A stretch of DNA of 64,000 nt from Pseudomonadota bacterium (GTDB taxonomy: Bacteria; Pseudomonadota; Alphaproteobacteria; Sphingomonadales; Sphingomonadaceae): positions 8,136 through 72,135 of the forward strand of contig JAEZCZ010000120.1 in NCBI GenBank assembly GCA_023433305.1, read 5' to 3'. This document shows positions 21,602-32,026 of the stretch, one piece after another (within the stretch, counting starts at the first letter, position 1; every line of letters starts with the position of its first letter). A model generated the notes under the pieces. It was not told the origin of the DNA and searched no databases. It worked only from the letters and a program-made list of their open reading frames with translations. A program made the position numbers and the translations under genes.

Positions 21602-22953
21602 GCCGCCGAGCTCGCGCGGCAGGCGTTGGGCTGCTCGGCCTGGCCGGTCAGCTCATGGACAAGCTTGCGGAAGCAGTCGCCACGTTGCTCGTAGTCGCGA
21701 AACTGGTCAAAGCTCGCACAGGCGGGGGAGAACAGCACGACGTCTCCGGGCGCGGCCGCGGCGATGGCGCGCTGCACCGCCTCGCACAGCATCTCGCAGC
21801 GCTCGACATGCATCACCGGCTCGAGAATCTCGGCGAACCGCGGCCCCGCCTCGCCGATCGTGTAGGCGGCAGCGATGTTGCCGAAGTTGGGCGCGCATTC
21901 GTCGAGATCGTCGCCCTTGGGCAACCCCCCGCAGATCCAGTGGACGCGCTTGCGCGGCGCCGGCGGCCACGCGGCCAGCGCGGGCGCGGTCGAGGCGGGA
22001 TTGGTCGCCTTGCTGTCGTTCACGAACAGCACGCCGCCGAATTCGCCCACCCGCTCCATCCGGTGCGATAGCCCGCGGAAGCTGGCCAGGCCGGCGAGGA
22101 CTTCGTCGTGGCTGAGCCCCAGCTCGAGCGCGATGGCGGCCGCCACGGCTGCGTTCTGCAGGTTGTGCGGACCCTGCAGCCAGGGCCAGTCGGCCTGGTG
22201 GACCGCCCAGCGGGCGTAGTCCGCGCAGACCGCCCTGCCTTCAGGCCGGCGCGCCTGCTCGGCGCGATGGATCGCGTCGGTCGCCGCGTCCTCGCAGCCG
22301 AATACCGCGAATTGCGTCTCGCTTTGCATCGAGAACAGCCGCGCTTTCGATGCCGCGTAGGCTGCAAAGCCGTCGTAGCGGTCGAGATGGTCGGGTGTGA
22401 TGTTGGTCAGCCCCGCCGCCTCGCAGCCGAGCGAGAAGGTCAGGTCGATCTGATAGCTCGACAACTCGAGTACGTAGGTTCCGCCTTCGGGAAGCGGCTC
22501 CTGGCCCAGGATCGGCAGACCGATGTTGCCGCCCATCCGCGCCGGGCGGCCCGCGTGTTCGAGCAGGTGATGGACCAGGGCCGTGGTGGTCGACTTGCCG
22601 TTGGTGCCGGTGATGCCGACGACCATGTGCGGCGGCAGGTCGGTGCGCGCCTGCGCAAACAGCTCGATGTCGCCGATCAGCGGCACGCCGGCGGCGCGCG
22701 CCTTGTCGGCGATGGGGTGGGTATTGAGCGGCACGCCGGGCGAAAGCACCACGCCATCGAAGCCAGCCAGGTCGATCGCCAGCGGGTCGGTGATCGTCGC
22801 GCGGCCGGCAAGTTGCTCGCGCGGACCCTCGCGGCGGTCCCATGCCGTGACGTGGGCACCGCTCGCGAGCAGAGCCTCTGCGGCCGCCATGCCTGATCGG
22901 GCGAGGCCGAGCACGGCATAACGCTTCCCTGCAAAGGCGCGCGAAACGATCAT
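21598..22953 (-). CDS. murD: UDP-N-acetylmuramoylalanine--D-glutamate ligase
   Basis: Trimmed to [21 protein letters not shown] (ATGA overlap with the mraY stop). Contains [11 protein letters not shown]. Confidence 0.95.
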   Translation of the reverse strand: MIVSRAFAGKRYAVLGLARSGMAAAEALLASGAHVTAWDRREGPREQLAGRATITDPLAIDLAGFDGVVLSPGVPLNTHPIADKARAAGVPLIGDIELFAQARTDLPPHMVVGITGTNGKSTTTALVHHLLEHAGRPARMGGNIGLPILGQEPLPEGGTYVLELSSYQIDLTFSLGCEAAGLTNITPDHLDRYDGFAAYAASKARLFSMQSETQFAVFGCEDAATDAIHRAEQARRPEGRAVCADYARWAVHQADWPWLQGPHNLQNAAVAAAIALELGLSHDEVLAGLASFRGLSHRMERVGEFGGVLFVNDSKATNPASTAPALAAWPPAPRKRVHWICGGLPKGDDLDECAPNFGNIAAAYTIGEAGPRFAEILEPVMHVERCEMLCEAVQRAIAAAAPGDVVLFSPACASFDQFRDYEQRGDCFRKLVHELTGQAEQPNACRASSAA

Positions 22954-24020
22954 CGCAGCTTCAGCGTCGAAAGGCCGATCACCGCCAGCACGATCGCGAT
23001 GATCCAGAACCGGATCACCACGGTCGATTCCTTCCAGCCGAGTTGCTCGAAGTGGTGGTGGATCGGAGCCATGCGGAAGATGCGCTTGCCGGTGCGCTTG
23101 AACCAGAACACCTGGATGATGACGCTGGCGGTCTCCATCACGAACAGGCCGCCGATGATCAGCAGCACCAGCTCGTGGTTGACGGCCACGGCGACGGCTC
23201 CGAGCGCGCCGCCCAGCGCCAAGCTCCCCGTGTCGCCCATGAACACCGCCGCCGGCGGCGCGTTGAACCACAGGAAGGCGAGCCCCGCCCCCATGATCGC
23301 CGCGCACATGATCGCCAGTTCGCCGGCACCGGGCACGTGCGGAATGCCGAGATAGTCGGAATAGTCGACGCGACCGACCAGATAGCAGATGAACAGGAAA
23401 GCCCCCGCCGCGATCACGATCGGCATCGTCGCCAGCCCGTCGAGCCCGTCGGTCAGGTTCACGGCGTTGCCGAAGCCGACGATGATCGTCGCGGCGAACA
23501 CGTAGTAGAGCGGACCCAGCGGGATGTATCGATCGGTCAGGAACGGCACGTAGAGATTGGTGCCCGCAGGCCCCACGATGATCGCCACGGCGATGCCCGC
23601 CACGATGAACTCGAGCAGCAGCCGGACCTTGCCCGAAACGCCCTTGTGGCTGCGCTTGGTCACCTTGTCGAGATCGTCGAAGAAGCCGATCAACCCGAAG
23701 CCCGCGGTCACGGCCAGGCAAGCCCAGACCAGCGGCGTTGCCGGATTCATCCACAGCAGCATCGAGACCGTCAGCGCGGTGAGGATCATGAGCCCGCCCA
23801 TCGTCGGCGTGCCGACCTTGGCGAGATGCGTCTGCGGCCCGTCGTCGCGGATCGGCTGGCCCTTGCCCTGCCGAACCCGCAGCATGTTGATGAATTTCGG
23901 CCCGATGATCAGCCCGAGCGCGAGCGCGGTGAGCAACGTCGCACCGGCACGGAAGGTCTGGTAGCGGACGAGGTTGAAAAGCCCTTCGAATTCAAGCCAT
24001 TGGGCAAGCAAATAGAGCAT
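22950..24020 (-). CDS. mraY: phospho-N-acetylmuramoyl-pentapeptide transferase
   Basis: Contains [24 protein letters not shown] and the C-terminal HHHFE motif. Confidence 0.97.
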   Translation of the reverse strand: MLYLLAQWLEFEGLFNLVRYQTFRAGATLLTALALGLIIGPKFINMLRVRQGKGQPIRDDGPQTHLAKVGTPTMGGLMILTALTVSMLLWMNPATPLVWACLAVTAGFGLIGFFDDLDKVTKRSHKGVSGKVRLLLEFIVAGIAVAIIVGPAGTNLYVPFLTDRYIPLGPLYYVFAATIIVGFGNAVNLTDGLDGLATMPIVIAAGAFLFICYLVGRVDYSDYLGIPHVPGAGELAIMCAAIMGAGLAFLWFNAPPAAVFMGDTGSLALGGALGAVAVAVNHELVLLIIGGLFVMETASVIIQVFWFKRTGKRIFRMAPIHHHFEQLGWKESTVVIRFWIIAIVLAVIGLSTLKLR

Positions 24021-24035
24021 TCGCGGCGTTCAGCC

Positions 24036-25487
24036 TTATTTCGCGGCGAAATGGGCGACGACCCTGCCCAGTCCGACCGAATTCGAACCCTTCACGAGCA
24101 CTGCGTCGCCGCCAGTGAGGCCGAATTCCTCCAGCGCGGCGATCGCTTCGCCCGGCCCTTGGCAATGGGCGTAGGCGGCGCGGTTGCCAAGCGTGTTCTG
24201 GGCCGCTTTCCCCAGCTCGCGCGCGAGGGCGAGCATCTCTTCGCCGACCAGGATCGCATAGTCGACCCGCGCGTCGGCCAGCGGCCCGGCCAGCTGCGCA
24301 TGGAACGAGGGCGCGAAATCGCCCAGCTCCTTCATGCTGCCTAGCACCGCGATGCGGCGCCCCGCCGGGGTGGCGCCGAGCTGCGCGAGCGTGGCGCGCA
24401 TCGAGGCGGGATTGGCGTTGTAGCTCTCGTCGATCATCAGCGCGTGCCCGCCGGGCACGCGCACGCGATGTCGCGCGCCGCGACCCTTGAGCCCGCCCAT
24501 CTCCGCCAGCGCGAGCCCGGCCGCGCCGAGATCGCCGCCGGCGGCATGCACCGCCGCCATGACGGCAAGCGAGTTCGCCACCCAGTGCTCGCCGGGCTCG
24601 GCCACCGAGAAGCACAGGCGCCGGTCCTCGAGCGCCGCGGTGACGAGCGAGCCGCCGTTGGCGACCGCGACCGCGTCGAGCAGCCGCACGTCGGCATCGG
24701 CCGCGCGCCCGAAGGCCAGCACTCTCGCGCCCCGCGCCTCGGCCGCCGTCCGCAAGCGTTGGTAGTGCGCGCTGTCCGCCGGGATCACCGCGGTGCCGCC
24801 CGGTTCCAGCCCTGCGAAGATCTCGGCCTTGGCATCGGCGATCGCTTCCTCGCTGCCGAGGTTCTCGATGTGCGCGGGCGCGATGGTCGTGACGACCGCC
24901 ACGTGCGGCCGCACTTGTGCCGTCAATCCAAGGATTTCGCCGGCGTGGTTCATGCCCATCTCGAACACGCCGAACCGACTGCGCGCGGGCATCCGGGATA
25001 GGCTGAGCGGGACGCCGACATGGTTGTTGTAGCTGCGAACCGAACGATGCGCGGCGCCTTTGCTGGTGCGCTCGAGCGCGGCGAAGATCGCTTCCTTCAC
25101 TCCCGTCTTGCCGACCGAACCCGTCACCCCGATCACGTGCACGGGCGCGCGCTTGCGCGCCGCCTTGGCCAGAAGCTCGAGCGCCCTCGAGGTATCCTCG
25201 ACCAGGACGTGCGGCTGCGGGATGGGCTTCTCGACCACCGCCGCGGCCGCGCCGCCGGCAAAGGCCTTGTCGACATAGAGGTGCCCGTCCGCGCTTTCGC
25301 CCTTGAGCGCGAAGAACAGGTCGCCGGAACGCACGTCGCGCGAATCCATCTCGACCCCGCCCGCCTGGAACGGTTCGCTGGCGACGCCGCCGGTGGCCGC
25401 AGCGACCTCTTCGGACGTCCACAGCGCCAGGCGCCGCTGGTCGCGGTCCTCGGCAGGCCAGCGCAAGGTCTTCAGCAAAGCGTTCAT
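24036..25487 (-). CDS. murF: UDP-MurNAc-tripeptide--D-alanyl-D-alanine ligase
   Basis: Contains IGVTGSVGKTGVKE and the Mur ligase middle and C-terminal domains. Lies between murE and mraY. Confidence 0.95.
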   Translation of the reverse strand: MNALLKTLRWPAEDRDQRRLALWTSEEVAAATGGVASEPFQAGGVEMDSRDVRSGDLFFALKGESADGHLYVDKAFAGGAAAAVVEKPIPQPHVLVEDTSRALELLAKAARKRAPVHVIGVTGSVGKTGVKEAIFAALERTSKGAAHRSVRSYNNHVGVPLSLSRMPARSRFGVFEMGMNHAGEILGLTAQVRPHVAVVTTIAPAHIENLGSEEAIADAKAEIFAGLEPGGTAVIPADSAHYQRLRTAAEARGARVLAFGRAADADVRLLDAVAVANGGSLVTAALEDRRLCFSVAEPGEHWVANSLAVMAAVHAAGGDLGAAGLALAEMGGLKGRGARHRVRVPGGHALMIDESYNANPASMRATLAQLGATPAGRRIAVLGSMKELGDFAPSFHAQLAGPLADARVDYAILVGEEMLALARELGKAAQNTLGNRAAYAHCQGPGEAIAALEEFGLTGGDAVLVKGSNSVGLGRVVAHFAAK

Positions 25488-25494
25488 GTGACCC

Positions 25495-26958
25495 CTAAGC
25501 TCCTGCCAGTTCCGCAGCGCATTCGCGAGCGACGGTCACGTCGTCGAAGGGGAGAACCCTCATGTTTTCCCCCGTTCCCACGATCTGCCCCTGTTCGTGC
25601 CCCTTGCCGGCTATCAGGACGATGTCGCCGGCCCCTGCCTCGTCGATGGCCGCGCGTATGGCCGCGCGCCGGTCGCCGATCTCGCGAGCCCGCGGCGCAC
25701 CGGCGAGCACCTGGAGCCGGATCGCCGCCGGATCCTCCCCGCGCGGATTGTCGTCGGTGACGATGACCAAGTCGGAATGCGCGGCAGCGACTTCGCCCAT
25801 TTGGGCGCGCTTGCCGATGTCCCGATCACCTCCAGCGCCGAACACGGTGATCAGCCGGTGTTCAACGTGCGGATGAAGCGCTTCAATCGCAGCTGCGAGC
25901 GCGTCCGGAGTGTGCGCGTAATCGACGTAGACGGGCACCCCGGCCCCGGTGATCACCGCCCGCTCCAACCTGCCGCGCACCGGTTGCAACCGGCCCAAAG
26001 CGTCGAATACCGCCGCCGCCTCTCCTCCCGTCGCGAGCACGAGCCCGGCCGCGACCAGCGCATTGGCGGCCTGGTAGGCGCCGATGAGCGGCAGCATGAC
26101 CTTGTAGCGCGTGCCCTGATGTTCGATCTCAAGTTCCTGGCCCAAGTGGCCGGGATTGCGGGAAAGCAGGCGAATGCCGTCACCCGCTTCGCCCACGCTG
26201 AAGACCGCGAGCGATCGCCCGCGCGCCGCCGCGATGGCCCGCTCGCTCCAGGCATCGTCCGCCCAGATGACCGCCGCCCCGTCCTCGTCGACGACCTCCG
26301 AGAACAGCCGCATCTTGGCCGTGAAGTAGTCCTCCATGTCGGCATGGTAATCGAGGTGGTCGCGGCTAAGATTGGTGAAGGCCCCCGCCTTCACCGGCAG
26401 CCCCTCGTTGCGGAACTGCGAAAGCCCATGGCTCGAAGCCTCATACGCGACGTGCGTCACCCCCTCGCGCGCCAGGCCGGTCATGTTCGAGAGGAATGTG
26501 ACGATATCGGGTGTGGTGAGGCCGGTCGAGACGCTCTCGTCCGGCGTGGTAACCCCCAGAGTGCCGATCGATGCCGCGCGGTGTCCGCACATGCGCCAGA
26601 TCTGCCGCGTCATCTCCACGGTCGAGGTCTTGCCGTTCGTTCCCGTGACCGCGACAACGGTGTCCGGAACGGGGCGGAAGAACTGCGCGGCAAGGGTGGC
26701 GAAAGCCTTCCGCGGCTGAGGGTCGGCGAGGTGCGCCGCGCCAGTCACGCACACTTCGGGGCGTGCCACGATCGCGATGGCGCCGGCAGCCACCGCCGCC
26801 GGGACGAAGTCCTCCCCGTTAACGGCGCTGCCCTGGAACGCGCCGAACACGGTCCCCGGGGCTACCTTGCGATGATCGATGGCGAAGCCGGTCACCGTCT
26901 CGTCGGCAAAACCATCCGCATCCATCCCAACTGCCCCGGCCAAGGTCCCGAGCTTCAT
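25495..26958 (-). CDS. murE: UDP-MurNAc-L-Ala-D-Glu--2,6-diaminopimelate ligase
   Basis: ATG 26958 (MKLGTLAG) overlaps the ftsI stop (TGATG). Contains VTGTNGKTST and the DNPR motif (VTDDNPRGEDP), which indicates meso-DAP specificity. Confidence 0.95.
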   Translation of the reverse strand: MKLGTLAGAVGMDADGFADETVTGFAIDHRKVAPGTVFGAFQGSAVNGEDFVPAAVAAGAIAIVARPEVCVTGAAHLADPQPRKAFATLAAQFFRPVPDTVVAVTGTNGKTSTVEMTRQIWRMCGHRAASIGTLGVTTPDESVSTGLTTPDIVTFLSNMTGLAREGVTHVAYEASSHGLSQFRNEGLPVKAGAFTNLSRDHLDYHADMEDYFTAKMRLFSEVVDEDGAAVIWADDAWSERAIAAARGRSLAVFSVGEAGDGIRLLSRNPGHLGQELEIEHQGTRYKVMLPLIGAYQAANALVAAGLVLATGGEAAAVFDALGRLQPVRGRLERAVITGAGVPVYVDYAHTPDALAAAIEALHPHVEHRLITVFGAGGDRDIGKRAQMGEVAAAHSDLVIVTDDNPRGEDPAAIRLQVLAGAPRAREIGDRRAAIRAAIDEAGAGDIVLIAGKGHEQGQIVGTGENMRVLPFDDVTVARECAAELAGA

Positions 26959-28670
26959 CAATGGTCCCCGACGAGCGGCTTTAGATCGGTGAGATCGACG
27001 TCACGGGTCTCGTCGGGAAGGACGCCGAGCAGAGGTCCGATGCGCGGGACCAGGCGCCCCACGATGGGTGCCGCATTCCATGCGGCCGTACGCTGGTATG
27101 AGCTGGCCGCGGTCCCCTTGGGTTCGTCGAGCATCGCGATGACCACGTAGCGCGGCTTGTCCATTGGGAAGGCCGCGGCGAACGTCGAGACCAGCGTGGT
27201 GCGAGCATAGCCGCCCGAGCTCGGCTTCTCGGCGCTGCCGGTCTTGCCGCCGACGCGGAAACCCGGGGCGTCGGCGTTGCGGCCGGTGCCATAGACCGCA
27301 ATCATCCGCAGCAACTGGTTCATGCGAGCGCTCGTGCTGGCCTTGAACACGCGGCGCCCGCGATTGACCTCGCCTGGCTCGACCTTCTGAAGCGTCGCCG
27401 GGCGCCAGATGCCACCGTTGACCATCGCGGCATAAGCGGTGGCCAGGTGCAACGGGGTGACGGCGATCCCGTGCCCATAGCCGACGGTCACTCCGCGCAG
27501 CAGCGGCCAGTCCCCACTCGGCCAGATCGGGAAACCGCGCGCGGGCAGTTCGACGTAAGGCCGCTCGTTCATCCCCAGGTCCGCCATCGTCTGCTTGAGC
27601 CGGGCTGTGCCGAGATCCTCGACGACGTGGGCCGTCACGACGTTCGACGAATGGATCAGCATCTCTGGCACGTTCAGCGTCGCGCCTTTGAGCTTCAAAT
27701 CCTTGATGGTGTATCCGCTGATCGGGTACGGCGTGGCCGAGTAACGCCGGGAGAGGTCCGCAACCGTACCGGCGTCGATCGCAGCAGCGACGGTGAGCGG
27801 CTTGAAAGTCGAGCCGAGCTCGTAAACCTGGTTCGTGACCTTGTTGAAGACGTGGTTACGGCCCTCCTCGTCGACATTGTTGGGATCGAACTCGGGAAGC
27901 GAGGCAAGCGCCATGACCTCGCCGGTATCGACGTCGAGCACGATTCCGGCCGCGCCGACCGCGTCCACGGACAGCATGCCGCGACGCAGCTCATCCTCGA
28001 GCGCGCCCTGAACCCGCACGTCGATCGAAAGCGCGACCGGCTCCGCGCGGCGGGCGGGATCGATCAGGCGGTCGTCGAGCGCCGCCTCCATGCCGACATA
28101 GCCTTTGCCGTCCTGAACGTACCCGAGGACGTGAGCAGCCATCGTCCCTTGCGGGTAGTGCCGATCGGTCTCGCGCGGCAGTTCCAGCGCCAGCTCGCCG
28201 ATCGCCATCACGCGGTTGGCGTCTTCCGGCAGGACGCGGCGGCGCAGATAGCCCGCCTTGCCCGAGGCGAGCTGCTGCGCGATCGCGTGCTCATCGAGAT
28301 CGGGGAAGATGACCTTGAGCCGCGCCGCGACCGACTTCGCCGACTGCACCAGCGGCGGGCCGCCGTCGTCCATCGCATCGGGATTGAACCACAGGGCGTA
28401 CGCGGGGAACGCGCGCGCCAGCGGAACGCCGTTTCGGTCGGTCAGCTCGCCGCGTGGCGGCAGCAGCGCCGCAGCCATCGAGCGGTGGCTGGGCGCCGGC
28501 TCGACCACACCGATCCACGCGATGCGCAGCAGCGCGGCCGCCGCCAGCACCACGAACACCGCACCGACCAGCAGCATCCGCAATTGCGCGAGCAGCAGGG
28601 CCCGACGCCGCACGTCGACCAGCTCGATGCGTCCGGAATGTGCCTGGGCGGGGACCGCCAAGGCATTCAC
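26958..28670 (-). CDS. ftsI: penicillin-binding protein 3 / FtsI transpeptidase
   Basis: GTG start overlaps the ftsL stop (GTGA). N-terminal transmembrane helix. Class B PBP motifs STFKP (SxxK), SSN and KTGSAE. Confidence 0.93.
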   Translation of the reverse strand: MNALAVPAQAHSGRIELVDVRRRALLLAQLRMLLVGAVFVVLAAAALLRIAWIGVVEPAPSHRSMAAALLPPRGELTDRNGVPLARAFPAYALWFNPDAMDDGGPPLVQSAKSVAARLKVIFPDLDEHAIAQQLASGKAGYLRRRVLPEDANRVMAIGELALELPRETDRHYPQGTMAAHVLGYVQDGKGYVGMEAALDDRLIDPARRAEPVALSIDVRVQGALEDELRRGMLSVDAVGAAGIVLDVDTGEVMALASLPEFDPNNVDEEGRNHVFNKVTNQVYELGSTFKPLTVAAAIDAGTVADLSRRYSATPYPISGYTIKDLKLKGATLNVPEMLIHSSNVVTAHVVEDLGTARLKQTMADLGMNERPYVELPARGFPIWPSGDWPLLRGVTVGYGHGIAVTPLHLATAYAAMVNGGIWRPATLQKVEPGEVNRGRRVFKASTSARMNQLLRMIAVYGTGRNADAPGFRVGGKTGSAEKPSSGGYARTTLVSTFAAAFPMDKPRYVVIAMLDEPKGTAASSYQRTAAWNAAPIVGRLVPRIGPLLGVLPDETRDVDLTDLKPLVGDH

Positions 28671-29173
28671 TGCGATGCGCTCCCGATCACCGCACCGAGC
28701 GGGATCCGCATCGAGCCACCGCGATCGGCGATGCTCGCCACGACCAAGGGACCTTCAGGTTCGACCAAGGCATCGTCGAGCGGCTCGCCGGTTAGCGGGG
28801 AGACGAGCTTCGGATAAGACGGCGCCGGGGTCCCGGCACCCCCCGCCACACGGATCGGCTCGGGAGCGCCGATCGCACGCGGACCGCCGAAACTGGCGAG
28901 CTGGCGCTCGCTCTCGAGGAACTGCGCGGCGGTCGGCGCGGTATAGCCGAAGTCCACGCGGTTCCAGGCGGCCAGCTGGAGCTGGTTCGAGCGGGTCTCG
29001 AACTCGGTCTCGAGCAGGAGTTTCTGCTGCTCGAGCGCCACTATCTGGCGCTCGGCACGTATGACGTCACTGCGCACCGAGTGCACCTTGAGGTGCAGCA
29101 TCAGATAGAGCGCGGTGCAGACCGCCAGCGCGGCGATCCAGCCGATGCGGCGAATGCGGTTCTGTGCGGTCAT
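28667..29173 (-). CDS. ftsL: cell division protein FtsL-like
   Basis: 168 aa with one transmembrane helix ([17 protein letters not shown]), then a coiled coil ([19 protein letters not shown]). Lies between rsmH and ftsI. Confidence 0.8.
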   Translation of the reverse strand: MTAQNRIRRIGWIAALAVCTALYLMLHLKVHSVRSDVIRAERQIVALEQQKLLLETEFETRSNQLQLAAWNRVDFGYTAPTAAQFLESERQLASFGGPRAIGAPEPIRVAGGAGTPAPSYPKLVSPLTGEPLDDALVEPEGPLVVASIADRGGSMRIPLGAVIGSASQ

Positions 29174-30111
29174 GCGGCCTGCCTCGCCGGTGAGGCGGTA
29201 CGAACCGCGGCGCGCAAGGTGGCGCTGCGCGCACGCGGATTGCGCAGCGTCTCGGCATCCGACGGACGGATCGCTTTGGAGACGCGCTCGAATGTGGCGG
29301 CGTGGCCGTCACGCGCCTCGGGCAGATGCCGACTGGCGCGGGCGGTCGCGCCTGATGCCTCGCGCAGGAAGCGCTTTACGATGCGGTCCTCGAGGCTATG
29401 GAAGCTGACTACCGCCAGCCGCCCTCCGGTCTTGAGCAGGCGCTCTGCGGCGACCAGCCCTTCCTCGAGCTCACTGAGCTCGCCGTTGACGTGAATGCGG
29501 ATCGCCTGGAAACTCCGCGTGGCGGGATCCTTCGGCGCGCCCGCGCGATAACCCAGCGCCTTGCGGACGACCTGAGCCAGCTCACCGGTGGTCGAAAGCG
29601 GCCGCGCCGCGACGATCGCGCGCGCCACGCGCCGGCTCTGACGCTCCTCGCCGTAACGATAGAGCACGTCGGCAATTTCGGCTTCGGGCGCCTCGTTGAG
29701 GAAGTCGGCCGCGGTGGGTCCCGAGCGGCTCATCGTCATGTCGAGCGGGCCGTCGGCCGAGAAGGCGAAGCCTCGCTCCGGCTGGTCGAGTTGCATCGAG
29801 GAGACGCCGATGTCCATCGCCACACCGTCAACCCGCGCCACGCCCGCTTCGGCCAGCGCGGCGACCATCTCCGAGAAGCGGCGCGGATGAAGCACCAGCC
29901 GCGGCGGATCGAGCCGCGTTTCCGGCCAGGAGGATCCGGCGGCAATCGCATCGGGGTCGCGGTCGAACGCGTGCACCGTTGCCCCGGCGTCGAGAATTGC
30001 GCGCGTGTAGCCGCCGGCACCGAAGGTCGCGTCGACGATCACGTCGCCGGGCCCGGGAGCCAGGGCCTCGATGACCTCTTCGAGGAGGACGGGGATGTGC
30101 GGCGCGCTCAC
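29170..30111 (-). CDS. rsmH: 16S rRNA (cytosine1402-N4)-methyltransferase
   Basis: Trimmed to GTG 30111 ([13 protein letters not shown]), overlapping the mraZ stop (GTGA). Contains [10 protein letters not shown] and [18 protein letters not shown]. Confidence 0.93.
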   Translation of the reverse strand: MSAPHIPVLLEEVIEALAPGPGDVIVDATFGAGGYTRAILDAGATVHAFDRDPDAIAAGSSWPETRLDPPRLVLHPRRFSEMVAALAEAGVARVDGVAMDIGVSSMQLDQPERGFAFSADGPLDMTMSRSGPTAADFLNEAPEAEIADVLYRYGEERQSRRVARAIVAARPLSTTGELAQVVRKALGYRAGAPKDPATRSFQAIRIHVNGELSELEEGLVAAERLLKTGGRLAVVSFHSLEDRIVKRFLREASGATARASRHLPEARDGHAATFERVSKAIRPSDAETLRNPRARSATLRAAVRTASPARQAA

Positions 30112-30602
30112 TTGCGTTTCGCTTTCGCGTCGGCCTCGAGCTTGCGGCACAGCGCCTGCTGGCCAGCCCACGCCTCGTCCATCGCGTAGAGTTGTTGCGG
30201 GGCCCACAAGGTGAAGAACTGCCCGCCGCCGAGGAAGCAAATTCCGCTGTCGATGGCGACGAGGTCGGCGAGATGCTCGGGAAGCACGAAGCGCCCGCTC
30301 GCGTCGAACGGAACCTCGGTGAATGACCACAACTGGGTGGAACGCAACTCGCGGTCGAAATCGCGCTGCATCCGCACCGCGTTGCCTTCCTCGCGATCGA
30401 GTTGGGCCTCGAAGCTCTCGGTCCGCGCGAGACCAAATCCCGTCAGGCAGTTCCAGCGGTCATGCTTGACGAGACACAGCGTGCGCGGGTCCTTGTCGCC
30501 CGGCGCGATGGCGTTGCGAAAAGCAGGCGGCAGGACATAGCGACCTTTGTCGCCACGCGGGGAGAAACCCTGCCCGCTATATCCTGACGGTGCCTTCGCC
30601 AC
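30108..30602 (-). CDS. mraZ: transcriptional regulator MraZ
   Basis: Two SpoVT/AbrB-like halves ([10 protein letters not shown] and [10 protein letters not shown]). The start is uncertain. I chose GTG 30602, which gives 164 aa. The upstream part of the 207-aa ORF is Arg/Gly-rich and looks non-coding. Confidence 0.85.
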   Translation of the reverse strand: MAKAPSGYSGQGFSPRGDKGRYVLPPAFRNAIAPGDKDPRTLCLVKHDRWNCLTGFGLARTESFEAQLDREEGNAVRMQRDFDRELRSTQLWSFTEVPFDASGRFVLPEHLADLVAIDSGICFLGGGQFFTLWAPQQLYAMDEAWAGQQALCRKLEADAKAKRK

Positions 30603-30930
30603 GCTCCGCTGCCCCCATAGGCAAGACCCAAACCCTGACCGGACACGCCTTCCCCGCGCGGCGCGCGCGAAAGCGCGAACCCCCACCCCGAGATCGGGAT
30701 GCATCACGGCTGCTTTGTCCGATGGACTCACTATCTAACGCGGCAACGCGCGGGAGGAAAGGGGAAATTACGGGAAAACGTGCACAGTCCGTAGATTTTT
30801 CAAGCAAGAATCGGGATTTACAACCCGGCCCTCAACAGGCCGATGCAACAAAAACGCCACTCTTGCAGCGCCCAATTCATTGATTCTATTGAGATGGCGG
30901 ACGAACCCAGATCCGCGTCCCGCGGTTTCC

Positions 30931-31674
30931 CTAGCGGTTATCGAAGGCCGAGGACACGAGCCAGTCGAGCGCGGCGGGAGCGGCGGGATGGGCCTCATGC
31001 AGGTCGAGCAGAGCGGCATCGGCCACGATCACGGCTCGGCCGCGTCCAATTCTGCAATCGGCCAGCACCTCTTGCTCGAGGGTGCAATCGGCTTCGCCTT
31101 CGCGCTCGATCAGCCTGCCGGGCAAGTTGACCGGGATCGGACCGCCTGCCGTGTGCACCAGGCGATGTTCGGGCGGAGCCGAGTCATCGAACTCGAGCTC
31201 GATTCCCCAACGAGCGAGGATTGGCGAGAGCAGGATCACGTCCTGTGGCCTTCGCCGGTCACCGATCGCGAAGCGCGATTCCCCGGTCAGCATGGGATCC
31301 GCGAACAGCAGCAACTTCCCGCCGGCGCGCAGCCAGTCATCGAGGGCGACGTTCTCCGCCGGGGTCAACGCGCGGGGCTGCGCGAGGATTAGGAAATCCA
31401 GGGTAGCGAGGCTTTGCTCGTCGAGGGCGTCGAGCGGCCGCAATGGATGCCGCGCCTCGATCCGCGCGCGCGCCCAGTGCGGTTCAGCCCCGCCCGCGAG
31501 CACGTCGCCTAAATCGCCGGATTCACCCCAATAGATGGGGATCGTCCCCATCAGGCCGATCTCGGCGCGCTCCTCGATCTCCGGCTGCGGTGCCGGCACG
31601 TCCGCCTGGCATGCCGAGGCCAGGCCCATGGCGAAGGCGGCTAAGCTGGCCCTAAGGCTGGAGCGCGGGCGCAT
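30931..31674 (-). CDS. hypothetical lipoprotein, ABC_transp_aux/GldG-like region
   Basis: Signal peptide plus lipobox (GLASAC). The segment LDFLILAQPRALTPAENVALDDWLRAGGKLLLFADP resembles GldG-type auxiliary domains, but this family call is tentative. Confidence 0.65.
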   Translation of the reverse strand: MRPRSSLRASLAAFAMGLASACQADVPAPQPEIEERAEIGLMGTIPIYWGESGDLGDVLAGGAEPHWARARIEARHPLRPLDALDEQSLATLDFLILAQPRALTPAENVALDDWLRAGGKLLLFADPMLTGESRFAIGDRRRPQDVILLSPILARWGIELEFDDSAPPEHRLVHTAGGPIPVNLPGRLIEREGEADCTLEQEVLADCRIGRGRAVIVADAALLDLHEAHPAAPAALDWLVSSAFDNR

Positions 31675-32002
31675 CCACCGGAGCCCCTTGCGTCGCGGAC
31701 GAATTTTCCGAATCGGTCCGATCGGGCATCAAGCCGGCATCGGCCAACGGATCGCTCACTGGCGTGGCGGCCGTCGTACTCGCCACGGTCGGAGCAGCGC
31801 CCGGGACCACGCGGGCCTCGTTCTCCTCCGCGCTGTTGAGGATGATGTTGGCGAGGCTCACCAGCAGGATCATCGCCGCCAGTCCAAACAGCCCGATCTG
31901 CAGCCGCTGCATCGATTGCGACCGCGTGCCCGCGAGGGGCGGCGGCGCATGCGCCCGCTCGTCATGGCGGTCGCGTGGAATTTCGGCCGGGTCGGTTGCC
32001 AT
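31652..32002 (-). CDS. hypothetical small membrane protein
   Basis: 116 aa with one strong transmembrane helix (IGLFGLAAMILLVSLANIIL). Overlaps the downstream gene by 23 nt. There is no clear SD, so the start is uncertain. Confidence 0.45.
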   Translation of the reverse strand: MATDPAEIPRDRHDERAHAPPPLAGTRSQSMQRLQIGLFGLAAMILLVSLANIILNSAEENEARVVPGAAPTVASTTAATPVSDPLADAGLMPDRTDSENSSATQGAPVDAPALQP

Positions 32003-32026
32003 GGCGCTGGTCTTAACTTGCCCGCA

